Part shown: positions 7,894 to 22,800 of the stretch, piece after piece | Layout of the letters: each line of letters starts with the position of its first letter | Numbering within the stretch: position 1 is the first letter of the stretch | Virus record (IMG/VR): IMGVR_UViG_3300046504_000032 | Span: 3,120-67,119 of that record | Origin: a virus | DNA length: 64,000 nucleotides | Strand: one strand, 5' to 3' | Notes under the pieces: model-generated | Databases searched by the model: none | Told to the model about the DNA's origin: nothing | The model's input: the letters and a program-made list of their open reading frames with translations, nothing else | Made by a program: the position numbers and the translations under genes

Positions 7894-10800
7894 TTACTTC
7901 ATTTTATATTGTTCCTTCAATGCTTTAATATCTACTATGCATTGCTGCATCAGATCATAGATTGGTTTGGTCCCCTCGACATCTGTAAAATCAACCTGAT
8001 CGGAGATCTCTTTGATATCCTTATCATAACTATCAACTATGTCCTGATACTGCTGATAGTAATTTGAACCTTCTGTAGCCTCAATCCCGGTAGTACTACC
8101 TCCGGCTTCTGCCTGTTGCTGATATGCCCTTTTCAGTCCTTTATGAACTCCTACAACATCCTTCAAATTATAGTAATCTGAGATTATGTTCCACTTACTT
8201 TCAGGTGTTTCTCTTAGGAATTTATTTACGAAGGGTATGTTTTTAAAGTCCACTTCCTGATCTGGCTTTAATGCTTGCGAGATAGTTGTGATAAGATCAC
8301 TAAATACAGCTCCCGAGCCACCCGTATAACCTTTGAATAGATGTTCGATGAATGATGGGTTTATATCAAGGAATCCGGGAACTTTCTTTTCTTCTCCTGT
8401 CTTATCAATATAGTATTTAGTAGCATTCTCGCCACCACCCCAACGGAACAACATATCGGTAAAGAACTTGGCTGCAGGATTCACATTGGATTTCCCAAGT
8501 CCTGAATTGGCAAGCAACTTCTTTTGTGCTTTATCGAAAGGTTCCCTGGCAATGGTATATCCCATGTAGTTGCGGTTTGTCGCAATCTCATAGAATGGTT
8601 TTATTATAGTAGGTACAATAGGTGCAAGACTAAATTCCCCCGTTTTACTGAACCCTCCAATATCAACAGGAGACATTGCAGATCCAAAGTTAAGCATAGC
8701 CTTAGTGATAGCTTCTTTAACAGTTGTTTTCCCCTGCGTGAGATCATAGGCAAGCGATCCGATACTCTTAAATCCTCTCCAAAATTGAGGTAGTGGAATA
8801 CTCAGGTACTTGTTCCCCTTCGATTCTCCGGAGATCAGTCTCGGCAGATTAGGCAATACAAGATAGTTTTCCCTCATGTAGGGATTGATATTGTAATAAT
8901 CATTCTCTGGATCCTGGTCATCGGTTGCATGGTTCAATAATGCTTCGAGAAATCCTAATGCCATAAATGCTGATGCTACTGCAGCAAACCGTTTTGGATA
9001 ATCCTTTCCGAGCTTGAAGTTCTTTTGTAAGCTCTGCCATGCTACATTCCAGAATGCGTAAATAGAATCATATAACTTACTCGATTTCCCTTTACGATTG
9101 AAATTAACTGAGGCCTCTTTTGCATCTGAGGCAGCTTCCTCTTTCGTTTTACCAAGATCAATAGAAGTAAGATAAACGGAGAATCTTGTTGCGTCCTCAA
9201 ATACCTGGTTCCACATGGAGATTATCTGAACAGATTCATGCATAAAATGTTTTATATCACCCCGGACTGTTCCCCTTCCCACCATGCGGTTTATTTCATC
9301 CATAAGATCTTTCTCAAGGTCCTCTGCAGAAAGCAAATGAGTAAATCCTGTTGCACCTCCGGTAAGATAAAAGTCCCTGAGCTTAACGTCATCAGGATTG
9401 TTCATATCCAGTTTATCACGTAGGAACCTGATTATAGACGGGAATGCCCTGTGGTAATTAACGACTATCTTTTGACCTGCATCACCTCTGATTAATTGGG
9501 TCATAGAGGCTTCCTGAACGTCACGAAGGAAGTTGGTAAACGGGAAAACAATATTCCATGAGGTATATGCTGCTTTTAAGAAATTGTTCATGTAGGATAA
9601 TCCGGTGACTGCCTGGTTAAGCGTTCTTGCATCCTTAACCTTGCTGAAGATGTTATGATACATAAAATTGCGCTTATTCATTGCCTGAGCTACCGAAAGC
9701 ATCTTACCTTTGAATATCATTACAACATCGCCTCCTTGTCTGCGTACAATGACTTCATGTTCCCGGGCTTGTTTCGGAACTCTTAATTTCTGATATTCGT
9801 TGTAGATCTTTGTTACTGCTTCGCCAGAATCAAACAATTCCTGTGAGGGACGGTCAAGCGTAGGCTCCCATTCATGAGTACCGTCTGGAAGATCGACCCT
9901 GATATAATATAGTTTTTTAACTGTAGCCAGATCATACAGGTCTGCGCTCTGCAGGTTGCGCATAAGAAGCCTTAGCATTGAAGTCTTAACTTCGTTATCT
10001 ACCTGTTCTCCTATTGCGCTGAATGCAACACTCTGCATGTATGCCAGAGGATTATCCGCAAGTGACTTTCTTCCTGTAGCGTGCATCAATGACTTCTTAA
10101 ATCCTTCACCCTTGACATATACCAGGTCCTTAGCAGCGCCCTCTCTCCATCCCCTGAGTGGAACAAAGTACTTGAACTGCTCAAGATACATCTGTTTCTG
10201 TTCCGGAGATAACTGCTGTCCGGCCTCCCATATATCAAGTATTGCAGATGAGGCATTGTGTATATTTGACCATAGTTCATCTATAAGGGGCTTTGATACC
10301 TGTTCCTCGAATTCATCCGATATTGTCTGAGCAAGTTCATCAGGATTAGTGAATTCGTCATTAACATCGAATGCCATCACTCCTGAATAATCTTTATCCG
10401 CGATTTCCTCTTTCAGCTCCGCGATATCCTGATCCGTAGCGTCAGGATTCTTCATAATAAACTCATCAATCTCCCTGGCTCTGAATACCATATTGCGCTC
10501 AATAGCGTGTTTGCTGATGATATATGGAAGAATATTCTCACCTGACATTCCCCCTTTGATGATCTTTGCTACCGATTCCTGGATTGGCTTCATCTTTGTT
10601 TTCATGAAGTCCTTGTAAAGAGTTTCCTGTCTGCCGAATGATAAACTTATATCCCTGTATGGTTTGGCATCATTAGGTTGCAGCCCTCCACGTTTAATGA
10701 TCTCCTCCTCAAACTTACGGACAGGGAGGTTATTATCCTGAATATATTCCCTGATGCCATTAACAGTTTCCTGCCAGTTACGCTTGGTCTCTGCCTGATT

Positions 10801-13800
10801 AGTATAGACTTTCCCTGCATTGGCAAGATGTTCCCCTACGAAAGTTGACTTTGGCCTGCGCATATAAGCGATCTGATTGAGGACATCTACCGGGGTGTTA
10901 TCATATATGACCATACTCTGATCTTTCTTCATACCGTCAATTCCTGCCCGGGACAAGAATAAAGAGGCTTCCCTGTCACTTCCATATAGATCGGTGATTT
11001 TATTATATAATGCCTCCCCTGAATGAAACGCACCTGAAACTGTTATATCAAATTTGTTTTCAGCATCCAATTGATTGACTATATTCTCCTGTTGATCATA
11101 GTCAATAGGTTTATCCCATGACAGGAAATTGAGTTCATCCGGAGCTTTCCCTTTTCCTACAAGTACCTTATACATTGCAGTCGGGTTTTTGGGTTCATTA
11201 TCAAAAAGATAATTCCTTGCGTCCTTAACTATTCTATAATGTCTCTCAAAGTTCTGGTACTTCGTCATCTTTGATTCAAGATAATCAAGGGCTTTATTGG
11301 AATCAAAATCATTATTTGCCAGGGCTTTTTCTATCCAGCCCGTAGCTTTTGTCCCTATCTGGCTCTCTGCCACTCCGAAATATGTCCGGTAGTCCTGATT
11401 GCCTTTCCCGATGGCTTCCTCTATTGCTCTTGATTCTGACGCATGTATTCCATAACCAAACCCACCCTCAGCCTTTCCGGTCCTTGTTGAATATGCTGTG
11501 AGTGCATCCAGGTAATCTCCAATATTGGCATAGTCTGTTACCTCTGGCTTATTATTAGTGAGGTTATCCTTGGCTTTTTTCAGAAGTGCCATGATCTCGC
11601 TTTTCGACATGGAAATATTCAATATCTTTCTGATCAGATTTCTTATGTACGCAATGATCCGTTGCCAGAGATTGGGATTTATCTGCCCGTTTCCTGCTAT
11701 GTACCCGATATATTCCTCGGCAACCGTTTTCCAATCACTCTCAGGGACGTTATACCTGTTTGCAAGTTCAACTACATCAACCGGTGACATACCTGTATAT
11801 GTAAGCTGCAGTACTCTCAGATATGGTTCCACTCCGAGTAATGCCTCAAGTCCATAGTGAGCGAATACCTCATGAGACATATTACTTACCAGGTCCGAGA
11901 CTGATTTATTGTCCTCAACTACTAAATAGACTTTCTTATTAGCCCTGTCATATACTGACGGGATCTCGCTTTTACGCAGGTCCCCGAATCGTTTTATCGC
12001 ATCTTTGACCAAATGCTTCGGTAATTCCTGTTTTGTTCTGACAATAATGATCGGTACTCCCGTATATTCGCTCATTATCTGAGCCCTGCGCATCATCTCA
12101 TGTTCACGCATGACTGCCACTTCCTCCCCTGCAAAGGTACCAGGAGTAGCCTGATATTTAGGGAACTGAGCATTATCCCAAATTGGGCGCATATTCTCGT
12201 CATTAAGGTCCGGTTCTTTTGGTCTGCGCATATATGACGGACTTGGTTCAGGAGAATCCTCAATATCCTCATCAAGAAGATTGTCCTTTGATGCATCAAT
12301 CTCATCAAATTTTTCCTTTATCATCCGGGACTTACTGGCTATTTCTTCAAGTATAAGGTCCTTTGTGGCCTCAAGGGGAGCTTCGTCATACTGTTTAATG
12401 TAATCAGTCAGTATCTCCCTTGTTTTTTCACCATGTTCCGGATTTGATACCTGTTCCCTGAGCCATGCGATCTTTTGATCTCTCGTAGGAGTTACTATCG
12501 GTTTAGGATTTTTATTCATCCCATTCTCAGTCTCCTCCTTCATTTTTTCTTCAAGGTCCCGTACTTCTCTTTCGGTATTATCAAGTTTCTCCTGTTGTGC
12601 AAACTTCTTTGTAAGAGTATTCTCGAATGTTGGAATATCGTTCTGATGCTGTGCCAGACGTTTTTCAACATCTTTCAGTTTACCGTCAAGGAAATTATTG
12701 AACTGAATCTTCAATGACTGGAAGAATCCTGCTCCGCTTGTGCAATATCCGGTTATCTTGGCTTCTGCACTACTGCTCTGTACCGGTTCAACCTGGTAAA
12801 CGAACCTGTCATTTCGACCATCATAAGATAGAAATATTGGAACAGGAATATCATTGATCTTCAGAATAGATGTTTTATTTTCGCCTACCCCGGCTTTAAA
12901 CAAATCAATCATTTTGGTCAGTTCAAGATTGAATCCTTCAAGTAATTTCTCACCCTGATATTGTTTTCCATTAAATGTGATTGACTTAATATTAAGCCCT
13001 GATGTAGTTCCTTCTCCCTTTCCCTCCAATGGTTTGAAATACTTCCTGATCAGTTCGGTTGCATTCTTAACGTCCATAAGTGCATCAGTCAGATAACCGA
13101 CTATTGTTCTGGCGTTTTGCAAACCTTTCTTGGCATCAATCATTCCACGTTCATAGTTCCGTCTGCCAGTCTGTAGTTTCTTGAGTTCATACATCTTCTG
13201 AGTATGGAGAATAGCATACTGACTGCCCGATAATGTAGCCATCATCTGAGCAAAAGTCATGTCGGTAGCATCTTCCTCATCAGCTGCATCATTAGCCTCC
13301 CGGTCAAGTTTATCGCCTTTCATCATCTGATTGATGAACTTCATTTTAATATCAAGCCTCTGGAAAGCTGTGGCATCGAGTGTCTTTTCAACGCCATAAG
13401 TGACTACTTCAACCGGTAGTCCCATATCCGCATGCTGATTACCCTGCCGGAGTATCCTACCATTGCGCTGTTCAAAATCCATTGGACGTATGGGTGCGTC
13501 AATATGATGAATTGCTTTAAGGAGATCCTGCACATTTACTCCTGTTCCCAATTTTCCGGTACTGCCGAGTACTATACGAACCTCTCCTTTGTTTACCCTG
13601 TCATAGATAGCCTCTCTCTGTCCTCCTGACTGATCTTTTATTATCACAATCTCCGTTGCAGGTACTCCAAGTTTCATTAATTTATCCCTTATATCCTCAT
13701 ATAAGTTGAACCGGGGAACCGTAGACCCGAGATCAGGTGATTGGAATATATCAGAAAAGACAAGTTGTGTTCCTTTATAGCTTGTGGTCTCGTCATAAAT

Positions 13801-16800
13801 TCGCTTAACCTGCTTCACAACCTCGTTTGTCTTACTTCCGGGATCGTCATAATTGGCTGAATTAATCAATCGGAGATCAATAGCCGCCTGTTTTGCCCTT
13901 CCAAATATAACCAGTGGTACATGGCGCTGCAGTCTCTTTTCTTTTCCGGGTAGTTGTTCCCATGCTTCAAGGATATTCTTGAATTTCTCCATAGCAGTTT
14001 TCACTCCCTCTGACTGTGGAATGATTATCTGCGTATGTTTCCCGTCCTTGAGTTTGGGAATAGTCTTTGCTTCCTTGAATTCCGGTACATCTTCTGTCAG
14101 GACTACATAAGAATTAGCTCTGAATAGTCTCATGAGCTCAGGAGCATTCTTGTATGACTTGAATCTCTTAACAACCTTAAACTTACCGGCTGCAGTAAAC
14201 TCCAATGAAGGTTCGATGGATCCAAAGGTGGATGCGAACTGATCAAAGGTATTGATATTATGTTTCTTTAAAATCTCAGGAGCAATGTATTTCATCATGG
14301 TCCATACTTCAGCCATAGTATTACTGATTGGAGTACCGGTAGATAAGATCACATTCCTTCCGTTCATTTTTTCCTGAACGAACTTAACCTTCATATACAA
14401 TCCGAATGCTCTCTTTGACCCCTTGGTGTCAATCCCTTTGATATTCTGAAGTGCAGTAGCAAATCCAAGTTTCTTGTAAGCATGTGCTTCGTCAACAAAT
14501 AATGCATCTACTCCCATTTTCTCAAATAGCCTGACATCATCCTTACGTCTGAAAGCCTGTTTCTCAAGTTGTGTTTCTTTACTCAGATTGCTTCTGGCTA
14601 TATCCTTTACCTTTTTGGTTTTCTTTTTGGTAGGATTATCCATTTTGAACATCTGCTCATTCAGGGCTTCGATTGATTTCTTGAGGTCACTTGCAATCGG
14701 GTTATTCCAGGAACCATCATCAACTTCATCAAGTACCTGCTGCAGTTCTGCTATCCTTTCCTGGATATATGCTCTTTCCCTGGCAGGATCATCAGGTATG
14801 AAGTCAAGGAAACTCTGCGGTATTATTATCGAATCCCAATCTCCGTATGCTATTTTATTGAAAATCAACTGTCTCTTTTCTGCCTTCATCTTATTCAGAG
14901 GAGGAGGAACGAGTATTTTTGCTGCAGGGTATAACTCCCGAAATGAATTAGAGAACTGTTCAAGTGTCGAATTCTGGACCACTATCATCGGTTTCTTTGC
15001 GAGTTTGAGCCTGCGCATTTCCATTGCAGTAGTGATCATTGTAAAAGTCTTACCTGTTCCAACCTGCATAGCAAGAAGTGTACTTTCTTTCAGGGAACGC
15101 ATCACCCCTACCCTTTGTATTCCATAGAGTTTTATATCTTTTGATGCTCCAGGGAAATGATCAAAGGAAGGTGCGTTATAGTTCTTCTCAATAAAGTCGT
15201 TATACTTAGCATTATATACCGTTTCGATCTGTTCAACGTATTCAGGTTTGTCATAGACATAATTTACGAAGGTATCCATGATATCATCCATCTTACCCTG
15301 TGCCTGAGCTGTAGCTTCAATATCTACCTTTTCAGTCTTGACCCTTCTTCCATCAACATAATCATAAGATGTTCTGACAACTCTCGGTGTGCGTAGATTA
15401 AGGGATTTCTCAACTAATTCCAATCCACTAAATTCCTCTGTACCTGCGGTTTTATTCTTAGCTCCGTACTGCCCGTCATGTCCCCTGACTATCCAATGCC
15501 CTGTTGCATTGCTATATTCGATAGTAGCATTAACGTCCAGATGATCTTTCACAAACTGCTTCACCATATCCCCGGGGATCCAGGGAGTGCCAAGACTGAA
15601 TTTTACTAACTGTCCCGGAATGTCTTTAGGAACCACCGATTTGAGTGCCTCAACATTCTTTAGATATAATGGATTGTCTTTTGATGCTTCGAGTGCAGTA
15701 TTGTATTTCGTTCTGACGAACCCTGAAAGGTAAGTGTCTTTATCCTCGATCTGTTCTGTTGCAGGATTGCGGAATACCAGACCTTCTTCGAGTAATTCTT
15801 GTGTAGCCTGTTCCTCTGTCATTCCCAGGATGGAAGCCATGTAAGGGATATCTACAGCATTACGATATGAGATTGAGATGTTAAGCGCATCTTCAACATT
15901 TCCTGCTGTAGTTGGTTCTATTACAGGGAAGTTGACCCTCTTGGTGAATATGTCAGATTTATCAATGAATTCTTTTCTGATATTTCTTCCATTCTTATCT
16001 AATTCAGAAGTATGAGAGACATTCTCAAGGGCTGCTACTGCGTTGTGTTCAGAATCATCCTCAAGGAATTCGAGTGCTTTATTGTTATTGATCTTACCAT
16101 AAGACTTAAAGAAACCGTCATATTCCTTATTAAGGTTGGCACGAACAGTCTCAAGTACTTTAGGGTCAGCATCGGGAGACTGTTCCATAGTGATCAGATC
16201 ATTTGCAAGTGATTTGATCTTCAGGTAGTCATCAGCGATCTTATTAGTCTTGTATGACTTGCCCTTTACTTTGATGGTTTTATCGTTCCATTCTGTAAGT
16301 GCAAGGTCTCCATTGACCACTTCATAGATCTTACCTCCTCTGTTTACTATAGTACCATTACGTTCCTCATCGTTTGCTGCTATTAGTTCTTCCGGGGGTT
16401 TATTTTCTGCAGTCTCCATGATGCTTTTTGGCATCGTGGCTATACGAGTTGCAAGTTCTGTGATGAGGTCTTTCCCTCTTATCGGTGCGAGTGTCTGACG
16501 GTCTGCTGAATATAATCCTCCTCCTCCGGCTTCATGTGCAAGCATCATCTTCCCAAGCATGTTATCAGGATTCTCTGCAAAATATTGATTTACTTCGATC
16601 TTAACCGGTAATCCATCTTTAGTCTCTGCATCACCGATTGGTACTGTTATTCGAAAGTCTTTAGCATTTGGACTGATGATATCACCGATACGTTTACGGA
16701 AGATCACTATGTCAGTTGTAACTTCTGTTCCTGCATTCTCAGCAAAGGCATTATTCGGAAGTCTTATTGCTCCTACAAAATCAGCATTACCCTCTGTTAC

Positions 16801-19800
16801 TACCCATTCCCTAAACTTTGCACTTGCCGGACTGTCAAGACTTGAATTAGAAGTGATAAACACTCCAATTCCTCCCGGCTTGAGCTGACGAATTCCTTTT
16901 GCAATGAAATAGTTATGCAGGTAGAACTTGGATATATCCTGATTCTTGGCATCGAATGGTGATGTTTTGCCAAATGGTACGTTTGTGATAATAAGATCTT
17001 GTGATGCAATAGGTTCATTGGATAATTCATACCCTTTCACATTCACTCTTGCCTGTGGATAGAGTTTCGTCATTATCCTGCCGGTGATACTATCAAGTTC
17101 GTATGCTTTGAGTATTGAATTGTCCTGCAGATATCCAGGCATTGCACCAAAGAAGTGACCTATACCTCCTGCAGATTCAAGTACATTACCTCCCCGGAAC
17201 CCAAGTTGTTCTGCCAGGTTCCACATCTGCCGGATAATAGGAATGGAGGTATAATGTGCATTGATTGTAGAATTTACAGCATTATTAAACTCATCAGGAG
17301 TTAATAGTGAGAGTAGTTTTTTATGATAGCCGCCATACTTTTTGTGCCATTCTTCATGCCACCTGGGTTCTGCCCATTTTCCCTGATCGAGAACTGTAGC
17401 AAGTCCTCCCCATCCGGTATATTTTGCAAGGATGTCCTTTTCTTCCGGAGTAGCATTCCGGTTTTCTTTCTCAAGTTTCTGAACTAATTCTATTGCAGAG
17501 ATATTGGCTCTTATCTTTGCAAATTCCCCTTTAGGAACGAATGCCTCATCAGTAATGACAAAGTTACGATCAGCTAAGTTTTCAGGCTGCGTTCTATTTC
17601 CGGTATCTGTCCTTTGAGTTCTCTCGACCACTCCGGAGGATCCTCGTCCCTCATCGGTGCTAAGAAGTCCGGTATTGTCGCCTCCTCTGCCTGGTTGCGC
17701 TGTCTCCCGGCTGCGATTAATTTCTGTATGTTCGCCTCCGCTTTGTCCACCATTGAGTTCAGGTAGTGTTGGAGTTTGTTCTGACGATACAGGTCCACCA
17801 GTTTCGGAAGGTCCCACTCCTCCAACCATTGGAGGTGTACCCTCGCCAGGGGTGTCTCGAATCCCTTTATCTCTAAGAGGTGTTGTGGCTTTTTCATGAG
17901 TGATATTTATATTATCAAAGTTACGTTTATCTGTAGATTTCTCATAAGAATCAGCAAATTTTTTAATTGTCCTTGCGAGTTCTCCGGCTGTAACATCGGC
18001 CTGAATCCATTGATTATTCATACCGGAATATTTCTTTGCCTTTGTGGTTAGTCTCCACAATATAGGACCATAACCCTGTCCATGTCCCTCAATTTTCCAT
18101 AATTCTGAATAATCTCCGGCAAATTCATTTGTCGGGTTGAACGGGATACTGACATACACACCGAGATCTGTTCCTGGCTTCCACAAAATAAAATGAGCAT
18201 CACCTCCTGCAGGTGCAAGATTTACATTGGAATATTCGATCTTCTTACCTTTCCTGTCGGTATCGTGTTCCCATCCAAGAAGTTTAGCGATCTCTTTTGA
18301 AAACTTAGTTACGTCTTTTTTGATGATGGGTTCAAGTCCCCTGTGAGGATATTCATGTGTACGATAATACTCCTCCGGTATTTTATATTCTCCGAGTAGT
18401 TGTAACTGGCTGTCGATCTCGGCTATCTGCCTGTCAATTTCTTCGGAAATTTGTCCTGCTTGTTCACGATCTGCAACATTCTCTGCTTGGTTGATGATAG
18501 CGCTTGCCTGATTTTCAATAGACGTAATGCTTTTTGATTCGGTTCCATTTTCTGTCTCCTCCTTTATTCTATTTGATTCTGTGATAGTCCTACCTTGATT
18601 TTTAAGATTATTCATCCATGTTTTCATGAATGAAAGTGTATCATTCATTCCTTTCTGGTCAATAACTTTACCTTCAGCAATAAATTCCTGATATATAGGA
18701 GGATTGCTTTGTTCAAAATTTAATGGCACTATAATATCAAGCGAAGGATATACTGCAATATCAATTCTTGGATCTGTCATTAAATCTCCTTCCTGAATGT
18801 AATTGTGCTCCATGATCAGACGATATGCCTTCGGGTCTGGAAATAACATGTGATATGAGCCAAGCGTTTGGGCTTCAATGACGAATGGCATAATAGCATC
18901 ACCACGTTTACCAGATTTAAAGTAATCTCCAACTTTAATACTTTTTAGGATCGGGATTGCTTTTAATATCTGTTTATGTGCTAAAAGAACACTCTGTCCA
19001 AAATGAGTATAAGGCATAGCATCCTTGAACTTCTGTAACTCCTTCTGTTCGGGTGTGAGTACTGGTTTCCCTTCAAACAGATCATTTACCAGTTTTAGTC
19101 CAAGTTTCTGTTTGATAGCAGCAACAATGCTCTCAGTATTGGTCCAGTCGAGTTTGTTATCCTTAATTAGTTGATTAATTTCACTATGATCAATGAGGTG
19201 ACTGGCATAGTCACGAGCCTTGATGAGATTGGTTTCCCAACCGTCTTTAGGTCTATATTCTATTGATTCCCCGGCAAATTCGGGTTTTGGTGAAGGCTGC
19301 TGCTCCGCACTACCGACACTTTCAGCCGGAGCAGTTTTCTCGCCTCCGTTTATTTCTTGCGTCTGCTCTCTGCCTGTTTCTGCAGATTGCTGAAGTGAGA
19401 GTTCATCTCCGGTACGTGTTTCTTCAAGGAGGACACTCTTTTCCGTTTCGGTAAGTTCTCCCTGTTGCTGCAAACTCTTGATTTCATCTTGTAGCCTCCG
19501 CTTTAAATCCGCTTCATCTATAGGTATATGACTGAAAACGGACTCTGGTTGTACTTCATTCTGGATATCATTATCGTAGAATGTAAAAGTTACATTATCA
19601 TTGTCTTTGTAAAGATCGTAAATCTTCCTGATATTAGCAAGAGAATTGGCAGATGTTTTTACATGGGTATCTATCCCTATGGACCTGCGTTCTTCTTTCA
19701 TCCTTGGAATAACGCCCTCAATATAGGCAGTAAATGGGTCTCTCCATACATAAAGTATATCAACTTCCTTTCCATTCTCAAGGGCTTTCTCGATACGTCC

Positions 19801-22800
19801 CTTACTGGTTTCGAAGTTAGCCATGTTACTGTCATAGATCAGATAAGGAGGATTTTCCTTTTCAAGTTTCAGGTTAAGGGCAGTTGTTTTTCCTGCACCG
19901 GTACCTCCGGCTGTCATTACAACATAATTATTCTGTTCACTTGCAGGTTCACCTTGTATCAGATCATCATACAGTTTCTTTGCAAAATCAGAAGCAGGGT
20001 CATGTACTGCCTGGGAGAATTCAGTCGGGTTATTGCGATAGTCAGGTGATAGCGACTTAGCATGATCACCAGATATCACATTCCCAAACTTACTAAGATA
20101 CTCAGCTTTGTATCTTTCATAGTCATCAGTCAGGGCTTTTGCGAACCTGTCGTGGACGATCCTGTGGATTCCTGTAAATTCCTGCTTACCTTCGCCTTGA
20201 GTTCTTTCAGGAGTTCCCTCTGCGCCTGCAGTATTGAGATTCCCTTTACCTCTGCCCTCTTTTGGACCAGTTGGTTGAATTGGTTTTTCAGTTGTTCCTT
20301 TGACATTTTCTAATGATTTTTTATAGGTTGCTTCATTATTTAACCATTCATTATTGAAATATTTACCGTCAATTTCCTTCCAGAGATCCAGGTCAACGGG
20401 TTTCATCGTGTTTGCCTTATCCCATCCCCACACCTTGAACTGATCTATCGGCATCTGCTTGATCTCACCTAATCCTCTCCACTTGGGTTCAAAATTTTGA
20501 AGATATCCTGCCCTTGCATCCCAATCACTTTCAAACCCTATCATTACCTTTGGCTCGTCATACTGTCCTGTATCAGGATTGATCTGATCAATGACGTAGA
20601 TATCCTGTCCTGGTTGTATATTGCCAAGATAAACATCCAAAGGTTCACCGTCAGGGGTAATTGTTCCGAGTATATGACCGTAATCATGGTTTAATGTCAC
20701 ACTCCATTTCTTACCACTTAGATCAGTCCCGGTCCTTATCATGCCCTTGGCTGTCTCAATGGAGATATCCATTCCAAGAATAGCGATATGCCCTTTCGGA
20801 TAAATGCCTGATTCTTTCTGAGCATCAGTAGGATTAGGTTCAACATCTTCCCGGGCTTCTTCGATCTCTCCCTTTATCTCATCTGCACTTTTTAGTCCCC
20901 CCGGGACCATCCTTGGTCCTTCATGTGTCTCATGTAGCAAGCGAGAATAGACTTTAAATAATTTCAGCATTGTAGGTTGCATCTCATCTGGCGAAGATGA
21001 TTGCCCTTTATAGAAAACATTTACTGAGGCAAAGTCAGGGTCCTCATCAACTTCAAACTTCCATCCCGCTTTCTCAACTCCGGATTCGATCTTTTTCATC
21101 AGGGCGATACCTTCTTCCCTGGTTTTAGGTTCGTCAATCTCTTGTTTAATGTCCTTCCAGAATCCCTCATAGTCAATCTTCGATTCAGCTTCCTCTTTTG
21201 CCAGTCTTGACATCTTGTCGAGAGGGGATTCTTCGGATGCAGGTATAAATCTTGGGTTATTATAAGCGTTCCAATCCTCGGGTCTATGCTGTACATCGGA
21301 ATCAGATATTAGCCTGAGTTTAGCCATACCTTTTTTGTCAGGTTCAATAACTTCATATTGTATGCCTGTGAACGTATCACGTATAAGATCACCTTTTTTG
21401 AAGTCCTTTGGATTTTGTTTCTCAATAGGTTTTGATGTAGGTTTTAACTTTTCAAGTATCTCTGTTAGTTTTGTGTTTTCTCCTTGATGTTCAATACCCC
21501 TACTGTCAAGTTCTCCGATTAATCTTGCAGCATAAGAAGATGGCAATGTTTTGACGAGTGCGCCTAGTTGATCTTTATGAAGTTCAATTTCTTTCTTGAT
21601 TGTTTCCATTGAAACATTCTCAGCATTAGAAACATCATCACGATTCATCCCGGGTCTCTCTGCTAGAATAGATTCTCTTACTGTTAATTTCTTCCCTTCT
21701 CTTTTCTTCAATACTGCAGCAAGTCTTTCTTTGCCAAGAGCTGAATTATCTTTTTGTAAGGATAGTAATTCATAATCTTTATTCTTTTCAGCATTATCAA
21801 TGATCTCTTGTTTCTGTCCTGCAGGAGTTTTTACAGTAGATATTACTTCCGGCTTCTCAATATTCTGTGTTACTATCTGCTGAATCTGTTTTTGATCCAT
21901 TCCGGAAATATCCTCATCACTATACCCAAGTCGTTTAAGTTTGGGCATTAAGAACTCCATTGGATTCAAGTTAATTATTGGTCCTTCCCTCCCCCCAATA
22001 ACAGGAGTAGCGCCTTCATGAGGCGCTTTCTCCTGCCCCCTCTCAGGCTTTGGTGCCTCGGCCTGAGCTTCCATTGGTTTTATATCGGGATAATATTTTT
22101 TTACCTCATCATAGATACCGGGATATTCTTTGAGTACTTCCGGAGGGACAGGTTTACCCTCTTTGATAGCCATTGCTACAGCGCCTTTATGACCGAACCA
22201 CCAAGGACCTACAGCTTTTCCTGATTCATCCCTCGGAGCCCAGGGCGACTTATAAGTGTCCTGATGCCATCCTGCTGTTGTCTTATCCTTCCATGCCTCA
22301 TATTGCTTCCCGGTCATCTGGTAGGGTTCTAAACCTTTGGGGTTTGTCTCTTTCAGATTTTTGGCTTCTTCAGCGGCTCTTTCTTCCTGGCTTGCAGGTT
22401 GCTCTTTCTCTTTGTTTTTTTTAACTGACTTTTCTTCCGTAACTGGTTTATTTTCAACAGAGGCACCCTTTTGGTCAGGGGTGACTTTAGGGGTGACTTC
22501 TGGTGTTAATGTCTTAATCTTATCATCGAGAGACTTCTGCAGATCGGGGTCAAGTATGATCTTTATTTTCTCAAGTGTCTTGAGTGATGAGGTATGGTTT
22601 ATTGCTCCCTCTATGGTAGAACGGTCAACCTCATCTTTCCCGATGAAGTATGACGTGACCATTTCCGGGAACTTCTTCTTGTACATCTTATCAAGTTCCT
22701 CGTCACCTTCAAATCTCAATCCATACAAGTCCTGTGGTGTCTCGGCTCCGATTATTGCGCCTTTGATATATCCTTTCGATACAGGGTTCCCGTCTTTCTC

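Noticed and set aside
17559-17566. Second TAACTTTG box inside the giant gene
   Set aside because: It is explained by the encoded RNF residues at the MTase domain start, and no suitable start follows
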